From Mobula hypostoma (Eukaryota), in contig NC_086108.1 of assembly GCF_963921235.1 (NCBI RefSeq), positions 50,532,001 through 50,596,000 on the forward strand: a DNA stretch of 64,000 bases, written 5' to 3'. Shown here piece after piece: positions 25,101 to 38,660 of this stretch. The notes under the pieces were generated by a model. The model ran no database searches. It saw only the letters and a list, made by a program, of their open reading frames with translations, and was not told the DNA's origin. The translations under genes were made by a program, and so were the position numbers. Positions within the stretch are counted from its first letter, which is position 1; every line of letters starts with the position of its first letter.

Positions 25101-25655
25101 AATATGTACTACTCCCCTCTCTGGAACAACCTTGTCTTTAAAATCAATCTTGCCCCTCTGGGGTGAGTTGCTGCAATTTCTCCTTACCACTGTCTCTAAC
25201 ACCAGCACCTGTGTCCACCTACATGCTCACTGTTGCCCCATATAACCACAGGATTATCCAATAATTGTGTGTGTGTGTGTGTGTGTGTCCAAAAACAAAA
25301 CATGCAAACTTTCTTCGACCACAGAGTGAGTCACTCATTCTGTCCTCGGTATGCCCCTTCTTGTTCACACGTTTCTCTCTTTTTCCAAAAACCATTTTTC
25401 CTGAATACAGTGTTTTTGTTGACAGTACCTTTTTGCATTTGCAGGCACATTCAATATGCCCCTTTTTGCCACAGCCTCGGCAATCTAAATGCTTATACCA
25501 GCATTCTTTTACTGAATGCCCAGTTTTGCATTACAGCAACACTGATTGCCAAAAGGTCTCTTATCCTTAAGGTCAAATGTTCTGTCAGTCCTCTCAGTGC
25601 CCTTGTGGTGCATCAGGTGACAACCTTGCCATTTCTTCAGCATTTTGTCTTTTTA

Positions 25656-25783
25656 AAAAAAAAATGAGGTCACTTGACTCTCAACCCAGCACGGATGGAA
25701 AGCGTGAAAGGAGCCAGCCAGGTTTGAACCCAGGACTACTTGCCTGGAAGGCTGGTGCTGATACCACTACACCTCTAGCCAGC
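25656..25783 (-). mobile_element. Short tRNA-derived SINE inside gag
   Basis: Minus strand ggtgtagtgg (A-box-like) and gggttcaaacc (B-box-like). Confidence 0.5.
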
Positions 25784-27959
25784 ATTCTTACAGTCAGTAG
25801 AAACTTTATGAACTTGGGAAGATGCATTTAATAGCTGCATTTTTAACTGCCATCTCCATAGATGTATTAATTTTAATTGCCTTCTGTAATGTTAGCCTAT
25901 CTTCTGTAAGCAAACCATTCTGGATTGCCTCACTAAGCAGACCACATATGAGTCATAACATGTTACTAAGCGACTGTCTAAAATCACAGTGTTCAGGCAG
26001 TTGCTTCAGCACAGACACAACCTGCGAAATAGACTTACCTTCCACTTGATTCCTTTTATGAAATCTAAACCTCTCAGCAATAATGAAAGGTTTAGGTGAA
26101 CACTGGTCTTTTAAGACTATGTCCTCATAAAGTTTAGCACCAGGCTCAGCAGACTGCGCAAGACTGTGTAATAAATTAAATGTTTTTGCACCCATCACAG
26201 TTAGAAAAGTTGGAACAGGAATATCATCTGAAATTTGATTTGCCAGTGCAATATATTAAAATCTTTCAGCCTTTGAACTCCATTGCTCTGTCAGTTCATC
26301 AAGCCCTACTTCCAACCACTGTTGCCATTTTCAAACACACTCATTTTCCAGAAGAGTTAACTAGCCTTATCCACCTCTTTCCCTCTCTCACTCCACCCTC
26401 TAATTTGTTTTAACCACCCTGTTCTCATTCTCTCCCCTCGCGATTCTTCACTCACCACTCTTTCTGCGGCCATTTTCTTCTCGCCCACCCACATTACACA
26501 GCGGTACACCCAGACTTTTGTTGCCAAAGGAGACAGAACAACAAGTATCACGTGAGGACCTGTCACCTCGTCGCCAGTGGTTATATTTGTGGTATTGGGA
26601 AGCTGAGTGGCCGTGACTAACACACATGAGAGACGGAGAGGTGAGGAACAAAGGTGCTGCCGTTATTTTACTTGTAATCATCTACTCTGAATGCCCTCTC
26701 ACAGGACATTCAGTACATAATATACGGGGAAGCTTGACAGCAACCCGTAAGGGTCAAAATATACATGAGTACATCACAAGCGGCTGGAGCAATCAGGATG
26801 ACCTGGGAAATGAGACAGGATGCTCCTTGAATTAATCAGGTGTATTGTTGTTCACTGCACTGGTGCCAACATGGATTCCCCCAAGATTGCAAACACATAT
26901 AAAAAGTGTGCAACAGTTATAGTGTGCTTTACATGTATTGAATCACTCTGTGCATAAATCCAACGTGAGAAGTGTCATTGTAACATGCTGTCCAATACCT
27001 TGCCGCCCAGTGGTTTGCAAAAAAAAAAATCAGAGGCAAAATCTCCAGCCTTCCAGGCACCACCAGCTCACCGCCATGGAGAAAGTGAGGCCAGAGGAGA
27101 GGGAGTCTGGATCTCGGTGTGTCCGAGGTATGGCTGGCAGCTCCAGGTGTCTAGTGCAGAGGCTGGGGGACTTGCTTGGAACTCATCCCAAGCCGATACA
27201 GGTAAAGCGAGGAATTTGTAGATAAGGAAAAGGAATAGTTGGCGAACTTGAGAAGTGATGGAGACACTCAGTTAGAATAGACAGAACTGAAACAAAAATA
27301 TTACCCAGAGTGTTTGGAAAAGGCTGGCAAGCTCCACCGAGATAAATGAGAGAAGGCGATTTTGAACCATTTCAATAATACTCTCTCACAGAATCTAAGG
27401 GATTTAAACATGACGTTGTTAGAATGACAGTCTAACCAACTGCAAAGGAGTTACCACTCAAACTAGCTGAGTTAAGGATATACATTTTGGCTACTTTGAC
27501 TTTGGCAGATTATAAAAGTAAGCACGGCAGAAATATCTGGAGTAAGGACATTTTCAGTTAATAATGTCACCTTAAATTTGTAAAGTTGGACAGAGTCATG
27601 GGAAATGAAATTTAATTGAGACAAGTATCAAGTAATGCTTTTTAAAGATTGAAGCTGAGCTTTTTTTGTTACATGTACACCAAACCATACAGTGAAGTGC
27701 TTCATTTGATCAAATCAAATCAACAAAGTGACACCATGTTTCCAGCACCAACATAGCATATCATGGCTCACTACCCCTAAGGTGTACGTCTTTGAAATGT
27801 GGGAGGAAACTGGAGCACCTGGAGGAAACCCACCCAGTCAGGGGGAGAAATACAAGCTCCTTACAGAGAGTGGCATGAATCAAACCCCAACGGTACAGTC
27901 GCTGCTGTAATAGCATTATACTAACTGCTAACTATCATGCCAGCCAAAACCTCCAAATA

Positions 27960-30650
27960 CTAATAGGACACACACAGTAAATACCTTTGATACACAGGGA
28001 CCTTTCAGTGGAGTTTAGAGCTCTCTGAAAATAGTGACCTAGTTGAATACACAGTGAAGAAGGATTGTGGGGTGCTCAAGAGTTGGGCTGTCACGTTGCA
28101 GCTATACAAAATGTTGGTCAGGCCATACTTGCCGTGTTGTGTACAGTTCTGTTCACTACACTGAGGAAGAATATGGTAACTTCAGAAACAGCGCACAAGC
28201 GATTCACCAGGATGTTTCCTGGGACAGAGGGCTTCACTTATCAGGAGAGATGGGATAGACTGAATTTATTCTCACTAGAACAAAAGAGGTTCAAGGGTGA
28301 CCTCATGAAGGCTTATAGATTCATCGAACACAACAGCACAGAAAAAGGCTCTTCAGTCCATCTAGTCTGTGCTGAACCATTAACCTGTCTGGTCCCATTG
28401 ATGTGTACCCCATAGCCCTCCATAATTTCCCCATCCATGTACCTATCCAAATTTCTCTTAAACGTTGACACCAAACTCACGTCCACCACTTGCACTGGCA
28501 GCTTATTCCACACTCTCACCAGCACTAAGTAAAGATCCCCCTCATAGTCCCCTTAAACATTTCACCTTTTACCCTTAACCCATAACCTCCAGTTGTAGTC
28601 TCACCCAACCTCAATAGAAAAAGCCTGCTTGCATTTATTCTATCTATATTCCTCATAATTTTGTAGACCTCTATAAAACCTCCTCCCAATCTTCTACATT
28701 CCAAGGAATAAAGTTCTAACCTTTTCAAACTTCCCCAATAACTCAGTTCCTCAGGTCCCGACAACATCCTTGTAAATTTTCTCTATACTCCTCAAATCTT
28801 ATTTACAGTACATTTTTCCTGTGGGCAGGTGACCAAAAACTGCACACAATACTCCAAATTAGACCTCATCAACGTCCTAAATAATTTCAAAATAACATCC
28901 CAACTTCTGGACTTAATACATTGATTTATGAAGGCCAAAGTTCCAAAAGCTTTCTTTATGACCCTATCAACCTGTGATGCAACTTTCAAGGAATTATGGA
29001 TCTGTATTCCCAGATCCCTCTGTTCAACCGCACTCCTCAGTAGCTTACCACTGACCATGTAAGACCTACCCTTATTGGTTCTCCTAAAGTGCAACACCTC
29101 ACACTTGTTTGCTTTAAGTTCCATCTGCCATTTTTTAATCCTATTTTTCCAGCTAGTCCAGATTCCGCCACAAGCATCAACAAATTTGCTGATCCAGTTT
29201 ACCACACTGTCATCCAGAGCGTTGATATAGATGTCAAACAGCAACAGACCCAGCACCATTCCCTGCGGCACACCACCAGTCACAGGTCTCCATCTATAAC
29301 CACTCTCTGGCTTCTCCCCCAAACCCAATGTCAAATTCAATTTACTACCTCATCATGACCAATTTTGTCAAAGGCCTTGCTAGTATCCACGTAGACAACA
29401 TCCACCGCCTTGCTTTCATCACTTTCCTGGTATTTTCCTCAAAAAGATTCTACAAGTTTGGTTGGATATGACCTACCACAATCTTGTATGATAATATAGT
29501 AAACTGGATCAGCAAATTTGTGGATGCTTCCTGTGGGATCTGGACCAGCTAGAACAATGGGCTGAAAACTGGCAGATGGAATTTAGTGCTGACATGTGTT
29601 GATGGAATGAAGCCATGATGTCAATCCCTAATCAGTCCCTGTCTATACAAATGCTTACACATCCAGTCCTACCGAATACCATCCAGTCACCTTCCTTTTA
29701 GTGATGGCAGACTCACCAGCCTATGACTTCCTGTTTTACTCTTAGAGCCCTTCTTAAACAAGGAACAACATTAGCTATCCTCCAATCCCCTGGCACTTCA
29801 CCCGTGGCTAAGGATATTTTAACTATCTCTGCTTGGGGCACTGTAATTTCTACATTGTAATAGCAAGGGTCCAAGGGAACACCTTGGCAGGCACTGAGAT
29901 TTATTCGCCCTACTCTGCCTCAAGACAGCAAATGCCTCCTCCTCTGTAATCTGTATAGGGCCCATGACTTCACTGCTGCTTTGACTCACTTCGAGAGACT
30001 CTGTGTCCATCTCCCGAGTAAATACAGATGCAAAAAATCCATTTAAGATCTACCCCATCTCTTTCAGCCCTATGCATACATTAGATTACCTCTTTGATCT
30101 TTCAGATGGCCAGTTTTGTCCCTTGCAATCCTTTTACTCTTAACATGTCTGTAGAGACCCTTGGGATTCTCTTTCGCCTTGTCTGCTAGAGGAACATCAC
30201 ACTTTCTTATAGCCCTCCTGACTTCCTTCTTAAATGTTCTCTTGTATTTCTTATACTCCCCATTTGTTCCTGTCTCCCTATACCTGCCATGCACCTCCTT
30301 TTTTTAAAACCAGAAAAAGTTCATGATACAATTCAGAGCCATGGATAGGGTCTTGTCTGCAGGTGAAGGAATTCTAAAACAAGAGGGCACAGGTATAAAG
30401 TGCGAGGGAAGAAACTTAAAGGAGCTGTAAGATTCTCCATTAAGAGGTGGTGAATACATGGAATGAAATGCCAGAGGAATAATAGAGGCCAAAAGAATTA
30501 CAATGTTCAAAACACATTTGCTCAGACACTTGAATAGCACAAGAAAAGTAGGATATGGGCCTAATGGAGGCAAATGTGATTAGAGTAGACAGACATCACA
30601 GTAGGCCTGGACAAGATGAAGCAAAGGGCTCATTTCTATGATGTACAGCA
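27960..30650 (+). mobile_element. Older plus-strand CR1 split by a minus-strand CR1
   Basis: ORF 28065 ends ...KRFKGDLMKAY; matching sequence resumes at about 30305 (ctaaaacaagagggcacagg, KTRGH). Confidence 0.7.
28318..30300 (-). mobile_element. CR1 LINE (degenerate ORF2)
   Basis: ORFs 30070, 29819, 28792 (VTGGVPQGMVLGLLLF), 28525 and 28313 all carry CR1 ORF2 motifs. Confidence 0.85.
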
Positions 30651-30759
30651 AAAAGCAGAAATCATTAGAGTAGGAGTTAGGTTAACTGGAACATAACCAG
30701 TTGGTCTGAATGGCTAGTTCTAGTCCTGTAGATCTTTTAATAATCCAACAGCTGGCAGG

Positions 30760-32036
30760 ATATTTACAACCTGCCCTTAAATTCACATGGTCCATCTCTG
30801 GCACCTCCCTCCCCTTTCTCGATCTCTCTGGAGGACAAAATGTCAACTGACAGCTTTTATAAACCTACTGATTCCCGCAGTTAACATGACCAAAACTCTT
30901 CACGCCCCCCTGCCCCCCCGCCGTAAAAGTGCTATTTACTTTTCTCAGTTTCTTCGGCTCCACTGCATCTGCTCCCAGGACCCGGCTTTCCATTCCAAGA
31001 CATTAAGAGATATCATCCTTCTTTAAAGAACTGGGTTCCCCTCTCTCTACTATTGATGTGGCTCTCACCCTTATCTCCTCCATTTCCTGTACATCTGCAC
31101 TTACCCGAACTTCCCACTGCCTTTATAGCAATACAGTCCCTCTTGTGTCTTACCTACCACCCCATCAGCCACCACGTCCAACACATTATCCTTCACAACT
31201 TTCACCATTTCCAAACAAATCCTACTACTAAGCATACTAAGCACCTTCCCCAGGGACACTCCCTCCATGATCCCCTCGTTCACTTGTCCCTCCCCACTAA
31301 TCTCCCTCCGGGCACTTATCCCTGCAAGCAGTCTAAGTGCTCCACCTGCCCACACACCTCCTCCCTCACCTCCATTCTGGGCCCCAAGCAGTCCTTCCAG
31401 GTGAGACAACACTTCACCTGTGAATCTGCTGGGGTCGTCTGTTGTGTCCAGTGCTCCCAATGCAGCCTTCGCTACATTGATAAGACCCATTGCAAACTGG
31501 GGGATGGCTTTGTTGAGCACTTCCGCACCATTTGCCATAAGCGAGTCTTCCCGGTGACCGAGCGTTTTAATTCCTTTTCCAACATGTCGAGCCATGGCCT
31601 CCTCATGTCAAGATGAGGACACACTCAGGATGGAGGAGAAATACCTTATATTCTGTCTGGGTATCCTCCAACCTGATGGCATGAATATTGATTTCTCCTT
31701 CTGATGAACAAAATTCCACCCCTCCCCCACCTATTCTCCACTTTGACCTTTTACTTCCTCTCACCTGCCTCCCATTTCCCCCATCTCCTCCTCCTTCCCT
31801 TTCTTCCACTGTCCACTGTCTTCTCCCATCAGATTCTTTCTTCTCTAGCCCTTGACCTTTCCCACCCACCTGGCTTCATTTATTACCTCCCAGCTAGCCT
31901 CTCCCCTCTGCCTCCACCTTTTTATTTTGGCATCTTTCCCCTTCCTTCTCAGTCCTGACGGTGGTTTTTGGCCAGAAACATCAACTGTTTATTCCTTTCC
32001 ATAGATGCTGCCTGACCTGCTGAGTTGCTCCAGTGT
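30760..32036 (+). mobile_element. Penelope-like element: RT C-terminus, GIY-YIG endonuclease and pLTR
   Basis: PALKFTWSIS...YKPTDS; ORF 31053..31616 PGTYPCKQSKCSTC...HFTCESAGVVCCVQCSQCSLRYIDKT...EHF; pLTR with mutated hammerhead core at 31951-31986. Confidence 0.85.
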
Positions 32037-35000
32037 TTTTTTTTAATCTACAATGTAACTGCAATGCACTTTCACTGAAATATTTCTATACAGGATAAGC
32101 TGAGGCAGCAAAAATGACCGGATGTGCAGAACCCTTAAGCAAATAACCCCAGTCTAAATCTTTACTTGTGCACTTCCACACTTGGGCCAGAGAGAATGAT
32201 AGCAACAATTCAGAGTAGAATGAGTCTGGCTCACTTCAATCCAGTTTTCTTTGTACTTCCAAGAAGGAAAAGTAACATCAAAGTGTCCAAAAATTTTCAC
32301 CATTTCAAAATGATAATTGGGTAGTCTCAATCGGCATACAAAATGTCGAAGTTATTCTCTGTACTGTATGGTTAATACTGACAAGTACTGCCATGCAGAG
32401 TTAAAGCTGCACTGCAACACAGCTGGCTATTTTAAATCTGTCAGCACTGAATTCTCGAAATGTGAATTGTTTTATTTTCCAATGAAAGCATGCGCAGCAT
32501 TAAAAATAAGGAACATAATTAGCAAACAGAAAATTGTGTTAGAAGTGATATGTGGTACTTACTATTATGTGTTGGTATGGATCTATTGAAGCCATTCTCT
32601 ATCACCAGTTAACAGAACTCCAGTGCACTTTATAATGAATTCAAGTGACAACAAATGAAAATAATCTGTAACTTGAAGTTTCCTCTTTGCAGATGAATAA
32701 ATTAAGCAATCTTCAGCAAACATCTGTCTTCATTCCTGTAATACAGAATAACAATTAGTAGCCATTCAACCAATTAATCTCTGTACTAACGTGTACTGTA
32801 TAATAGTCAATTATCAATTAATAGAATGAAGAAACTCAGCCAAGTACAACCCAGAAAGAACATTTAATTCTCTCCATCATTCAGCTTATCCATACGTGAT
32901 CAGAAGGCTTTGTCTCCGTCATCACATCAGAAAGTCTGGTACATTATGTTTACAGTGTGAAAATTCCTCATGCATTAATGTCAAGTTTGCGATTTTTAAA
33001 TAAAGTTCTTACCCTAAGCCTTCCTGCCACCCCAGCATCCTTACCCACAAGCCCCATCATTGCAGTATGTTGGTCTTGATGTAGTTCTGTTCTACCCTTC
33101 AATACTATTTTGTTTTCTCTCCTTTACTTCAAGTTGTCCATCAAGTTGTTGATTTTAATAAAGACAAACTATTTGCAGAGTATGTCTGATGCAGTCACCG
33201 GAAAGAAATTGTGACAATCTACTGAAATTGAATTATACTTGTAGAATGAGGTCCAACTGAACTTTGAAGAGGGGCAGAGTAATCTCAGGAAAATAAAAAA
33301 AAACACATTTATTCACGAACATTAGTATTATAAATTTACAAATATCCAAATTCTACTCAACTACAAATATTCCAGGTACCAGTTAGACTATTCTATCAAA
33401 CAATAAAAATACAAATGCACACATACATACATGTGCACAGAACATACATAGAACACCTCCACAAAACACATGCACAAATCACGCATGCAAAATATACGTG
33501 ATGAAGCAGTTTTTACTTGGTCTTCCACCAACACATTTATCAATCAGTTATATTTTCTTTGCTGATCCAATTGACGGAGGAGGCAATTCCTGTTGTCTTA
33601 GCAGCAAGAAATGCACTACATATTAGTAAGTAGCCATACCTGGGGAATTGACGATGTAGCTGGGGGTAAATTATCCTCCCCAAATAAAGTAAAAATCATG
33701 GTCACTAATGTTAAAGCTTGTGTCTGCTTTAAAGATGGCAATCACTCCATCCCAAACAGCAGAGAATCACTTAAATCAGTACTTACCCACACATCTCCAG
33801 ATATATCTAGTTACACAGAATTACATCATATTTACATTAGAGAAGCAGGTCATACAGTCCAATGTGAAACAAAAGATTATGCTCCACCTGAACCTCCTAC
33901 TTTCCTATTTATCTAAGCCAATCAGCAAATCGTCCTACTTCCTTCATCATCATACGCTTACCCAGCTTCCCCTGAAATGCATTTATACTATTTGCCTCAA
34001 ATTAATTTGTGGCAGTGAGTTCCACATTCTAAGAACAGTGTTAAGAATGTTTCTCTGAGAATCAAAAATAAGCATTTTATCACCCCTAATTTAGGTTTCC
34101 CTGATCTTCCAATTATTATCTTCTCACTTTGCTTACAGCATCAGCTTTAAACAGGAATTTGACATGTCAGAATTTTGATCTAATATTAGCACAATTGTGA
34201 AAATATTGCACCAAGACTAAACAGCAAACAAGCTTAAAAAATGACTTTTTTCTTCTGAAGTTCATTCATTTCAACAAGTGATTCATGCATTTTTTTCTGT
34301 ATCTGCATTTTAGAAAATAAACTGTATGAAGTGGCATTTATTATAGTTTAATAGGTCAGTAGATACACCTCTTCAGTGAAGGGATATCATTGTCATTTAG
34401 CGTGAAAGAGGAGCCAAGAAACTTTCTTTAGTAAAAGGCAGCCTTCAGTGGGTCAGTGGGTCATAACCAAGAGATAAGTTTTGCACTGGGCTCAGCTGTT
34501 CAGATGAAATTTTACACTGAGACCCTTTTTGCCATTTCAGTAGTTCAAATTCCCAATGAGAGGACCTTAACCACCAGACTTTTATATCCCTTGAAGTTTG
34601 CTACATGTACTCTGGCAAGATATGGAGGCATTGTATTTTAGCTTTAATAAAAATTGTTTTGAAATAATATACTGTGGAGCTCATGTTTTCATTTTAAACT
34701 AGCCACTATCTCTCTAGGCGATTTTGAGGCCTCAGAGTTTACAATTCTGTATTATCTCTTTGTATTTTGATCAATTTTAATAAAGCAATTTATTCCATTT
34801 TTAAATAATTACTTCTGATTATTTGGTCAGTGTAAGTTTAAGGAATAGGTCTAGAGTGGTTAAAAAAACATCACAATTATGGATGCAAAAGTGTCTTGAG
34901 ATACTCTACAAAGTAGAAAATAGGAATGGCAAGTCACTACTAGAAGACGGACCCTAAAGCTCAGAAAACTATGTTTCATTGTGAAACTCAAACGAGATGA

Positions 35001-35390
35001 AGAAAGTGGGCAAGGAGTAAAAGCGAAGGAGACAAGTCCCAGTGGGTGAAGGCATTCCAGCAAGGCAGGAGTAAAGAAGCAAGGCTAGGTAAGCACCTGG
35101 AAATCACTGGATTAGAATATGTGGTTGGTGATGAGTTGTAACATAGGAGGGGGTTGCTGAAGTAAGGAGATCTTGGAAAAGTGAACACAGATGAGAATTT
35201 CAAAATTTAAGTTACTGAAGGACTAAACAATACAAAATCATGAACATCACAGTTCTTGGAGATAGAATTTGGGTCACAGAAATTGGAATGACTGATCATT
35301 TACATAAGGAGGAGGATCTCACAAAAGCTTTTAAATGCAGCCACTGCTGTAGTCTGTAACCAGTGTTGCTAAGATAGCAACTACTAAGTA

Positions 35391-35503
35391 CCACACATCA
35401 AAGTTGCTGGTGAATGCAGCAGGCCAGGAGCATCTCTAGGAAGAGGTATAGTCGACGTTTCGGGCCGAGACCCTTCGTCAGGGCACCTTGTGTTTGCGTT
35501 TTT
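35391..35503 (-). mobile_element. Short PLE pLTR insertion with hammerhead core
   Basis: Near-identical to 231-322; core cTGACGAagggtctcggcccGAAACGTCgact on minus 35450-35482; ends in the tgtttgcgtttt terminus; aactactaa on both flanks. Confidence 0.75.
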
Positions 35504-36714
35504 AAACTACTAAATGCATCAGTTTTTGAAGGGAAGCAATTTAAAGGCAATGGTGAAAAAATAAAGCACATTGGATTGTTTTGGCAAGGAGTATAAACGG
35601 CCACAAAGATCCAACCACTAAATACACCCCTTCTTTGTAAAGCATTCAAAACATTCTTTACATTACTCGAAATAACTTGTATGAATCTATATTCTCAGAT
35701 CTCAAAAAGCAAAAAATAAACTAAAATCACTGCAATTTTGTTGTCATGGCTAAAATGTAAACTATTTAATACCTCCCTACTCCAATGATGCTCTCTCGTT
35801 AGATCCTAGATCAGCTGGGACCGAGCTTTACTAGCTACAAAAGTTGTCAAAGAAATTACTATTTCCTGACAATAAGGGACATCAAATATCAGATATTCAA
35901 AGTAACTAATTTAAAAAGATAGTTTAGTGAGATAGAGATAGTTTAATTCATGAAAACTATTAAAATTTTAATATAAAGCAATTTTAAGTAAGTAATTCCT
36001 CTTCCATCATGGAACAACATAATGAAACAGACCCTTTGTGCCAACGTCCATGCCAATCAAGATGCCTGTCTAAGCTAGTCTGACTTACCCACATTTGACA
36101 CATACCCCTTTAGAGCTTTTCTATCTATGAACCTGCCCAAGGGGCTTTTAAATGATCTTACCTCCCTCAACAACATCTTCTGGCAGTTCATTCCATGTAA
36201 TTCCCATACTCTGCATGAAGAAGTTGCCTCTCAATTCCCTTTTAAATCTTTTCCCTCGCACCTTAAACCTATGCCCACTAGTTTTTCTATTCACTTTCCC
36301 TGGGGAAAAAATAACTGTGTGTAGTCACCGTATCTTTGCCCTTCACAATTTTATATCCTTCTCAATTTGGTCAAATAAGATCTATAAGAAATCCCAGCAA
36401 GACTGGACTTTGCAGTTACGACCCTTCAAAATCCATCAGTGAATCCACAATAGAAGATGTTCAAAGGGTTCAATGACTCAGCATTTTATCTCTTCACAGA
36501 TAATAAACAGCCAATGACTCATCTTCCTTTCAGTCTGCCCTTAAATGCCAATTTACTTATTCCACCTGCCTGCAGGTTCCATATTCTCACTGCTCACTGG
36601 GTAGAAATATTTCTCAAAAATTCCCTGATGGATTTGGTCACTTTTATGTGCCCATTTCTTTTTGGATCCCTCCCCTTCCTGAATGGAAATAGCTCCACTT
36701 CAAGCAGATCACAA

Positions 36715-37395
36715 TACCTCACTTTCCATTGTGACAGTAGGAAGAAAGCAGAGGACTGTGAGCCCATCCATATTAGTGGGTCAGAAGTATGGTAGTAACT
36801 TTAAATTCCTTGGCATCAACAGATCAGAGGAACTGTCTAGAAACCAGAACATAAAAGTCATCACAAAGGCACAACAGAGCTTCTAAGTTCTTAGAAATTT
36901 GTGTAGATTTGGTATATCACTGAAAACTTTGACAAATTTCTCTAGATGCAGTGATGAATATCCTAACTAGTTGCATCATCTCATGGTATGGAAACACCAA
37001 TGCTCAGAAACAAAGAAGGCTACAGAAAATAGTGGATACAACTCTACCCATCACAGGCAAAGCCCTCTCCACCTCCAAGCACATTTACATGGAGCACTGC
37101 CAAAAGAAAGCAGCATCCATCATTAAAGATTACCACCATCCAGGCCATGCCCTTTTATCTCGAGTACCATCTGACAGGAGTTATAGAACTCTTAAACGCC
37201 ACACCACCAGGTTCAGGAATAGTTATTACCTTACAACTATCCAGGCTCCTGAACCCTTGTGGATAACTTCATTCACTACTACTCTGAACTGATTCTACAA
37301 TCTGCAGACTTAATTTGCCTGCAAGAAAATGAACCTGTGTACTATATGTTGATGTGCATGCTGTGTGCACTGATAATAAATTTACTTTGACTTTA
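36715..37395 (+). mobile_element. Rex1/Babar LINE 3' portion
   Basis: ORF 36951..37292 ILTSCIISWYGN...KAASIIKDYHHPGHALLS...TTRFRNSY; aataaatttactttgacttt tail. Confidence 0.8.
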
Positions 37396-37443
37396 CAACT
37401 CATTCTTGTTATTATTTTCATTTGCAGTTTAATTTTGCACATT

Positions 37444-38660
37444 AGTCAAGTCACTTTTTATTGTCATTTCGACCCGCAAAAATAGGAAAACAGATTATTA
37501 TCTGAATGGTGGCCGATTAGGAAAAGGGGAGGTGCAACGAGACCTGGGTGTCATTATACACCAGTCATTGAAAGTGGGCATGCAGGTACAGCAGGCGGTG
37601 AAAAAGGCGAACGGTATGCTGGCATTTATAGCGAGAGGATTCGAGTACAGGAGCAGGGAGGTACTACTGCAGTTGTACAAGGCCTTGGTGAGACCACACC
37701 TGGAGTATTGTGTGCAGTTTTGGTCCCCTAATCTGAGGAAAGACATCTTTGCCATAGAGGGAGTACAAAGAAGGTTCACCAGATTGATTCCTGGGATGGC
37801 AGGTCTTTCATATGAAGAAAGACTGGATGAACTGGGCTTGTACTCGTTGGAATTTAGAAGATTGAGGGGGGATCTGATTGAAACGTATAAGATCCTAAAG
37901 GGATTGGACAGGCTAGATGCAGGAAGATTGTTCCCGATGTTGGGGAGGTCTAGAACGAGGGGTCACAGTTTGAGGATAGAGGGGAAGCCTTTTAGGACCG
38001 AGGTTAGGAAAAACTTCTTCACACAGAGAGTGGTGAATCTGTGGAATTCTCTGCCACAGCAAACTGTTGAGGCCAGTTCATTAGCTATGTTTAAAAGGAA
38101 GTTAGATATGGCCCTTGTGGCTACAGGGGTCAGGGGGTATGGAGGGAAGACTGGGTTCTGAGTTGGATGATCAGCCATGATCATAATAAATGGCGGTGCA
38201 GGCTCGAAGGGCCGAATGGCCTACTCCTGCACCTATTTTCTATGTTTCTATAAACTGTTGGTACAGTACACAGTAAAAACAAAACAACATTCCTCCAAGA
38301 CCATGGTGCTACATGAAACAACACAAAACTACACTAGACTAAGTGAGACAACACAAGGCTACACTAGACTACGTAAAACAACACAAAAACTACACTAGAC
38401 TACAGACCTACACAGGACTACATAAAGTGCACAAAACAGTGCAGGGCAGTACAATAAATAATAAACAAGACAATAGGCACAGTAGAGGACAAATTACAAT
38501 ATAATAATAAATGATGTAGATGTCAGTCTCTGGGTATGAAGCCGTCTGATGGCTTGGGGGAAGAAAGTGTTGCACAGTCTGGTAGTGAGAGCCTGAATGC
38601 TTTGTTTCGGTACCTTTTGCCAGATGGCAGGAGAGAGAAGAGTTTGTATGAGGGGTGCGG
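37444..38660 (-). mobile_element. Rex1-type LINE 3' end interrupted by a young CR1
   Basis: Joining 37444-37473 to 38250-38660 reconstitutes the sequence seen uninterrupted at 59088-59405. Confidence 0.75.
37474..38250 (+). mobile_element. Young 5'-truncated CR1 LINE
   Basis: Uninterrupted ORF 37532..38161 (209 aa) QRDLGV...VRPHLEYCVQFWSP...RTRGHSL; ttctatgtttcta tail. Confidence 0.92.

Larger units (their letters stand above)
21920..26778 (-). mobile_element. Gypsy (Mag-like) LTR retrotransposon, decayed and non-autonomous
   Basis: About 190-bp TG..CA LTRs at 26588-26778 and 21920-22875 (latter split by hAT); PBS tggcgacgagg next to the 5' LTR; PPT aaggggggagggata next to the 3' LTR; gag IIAERFRFHKRNQ (25953..26198); CCHC knuckles near 25430-25540; post-protease LQEVLKKYAEVFNKELG near 24670-24720. 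Confidence 0.85.
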
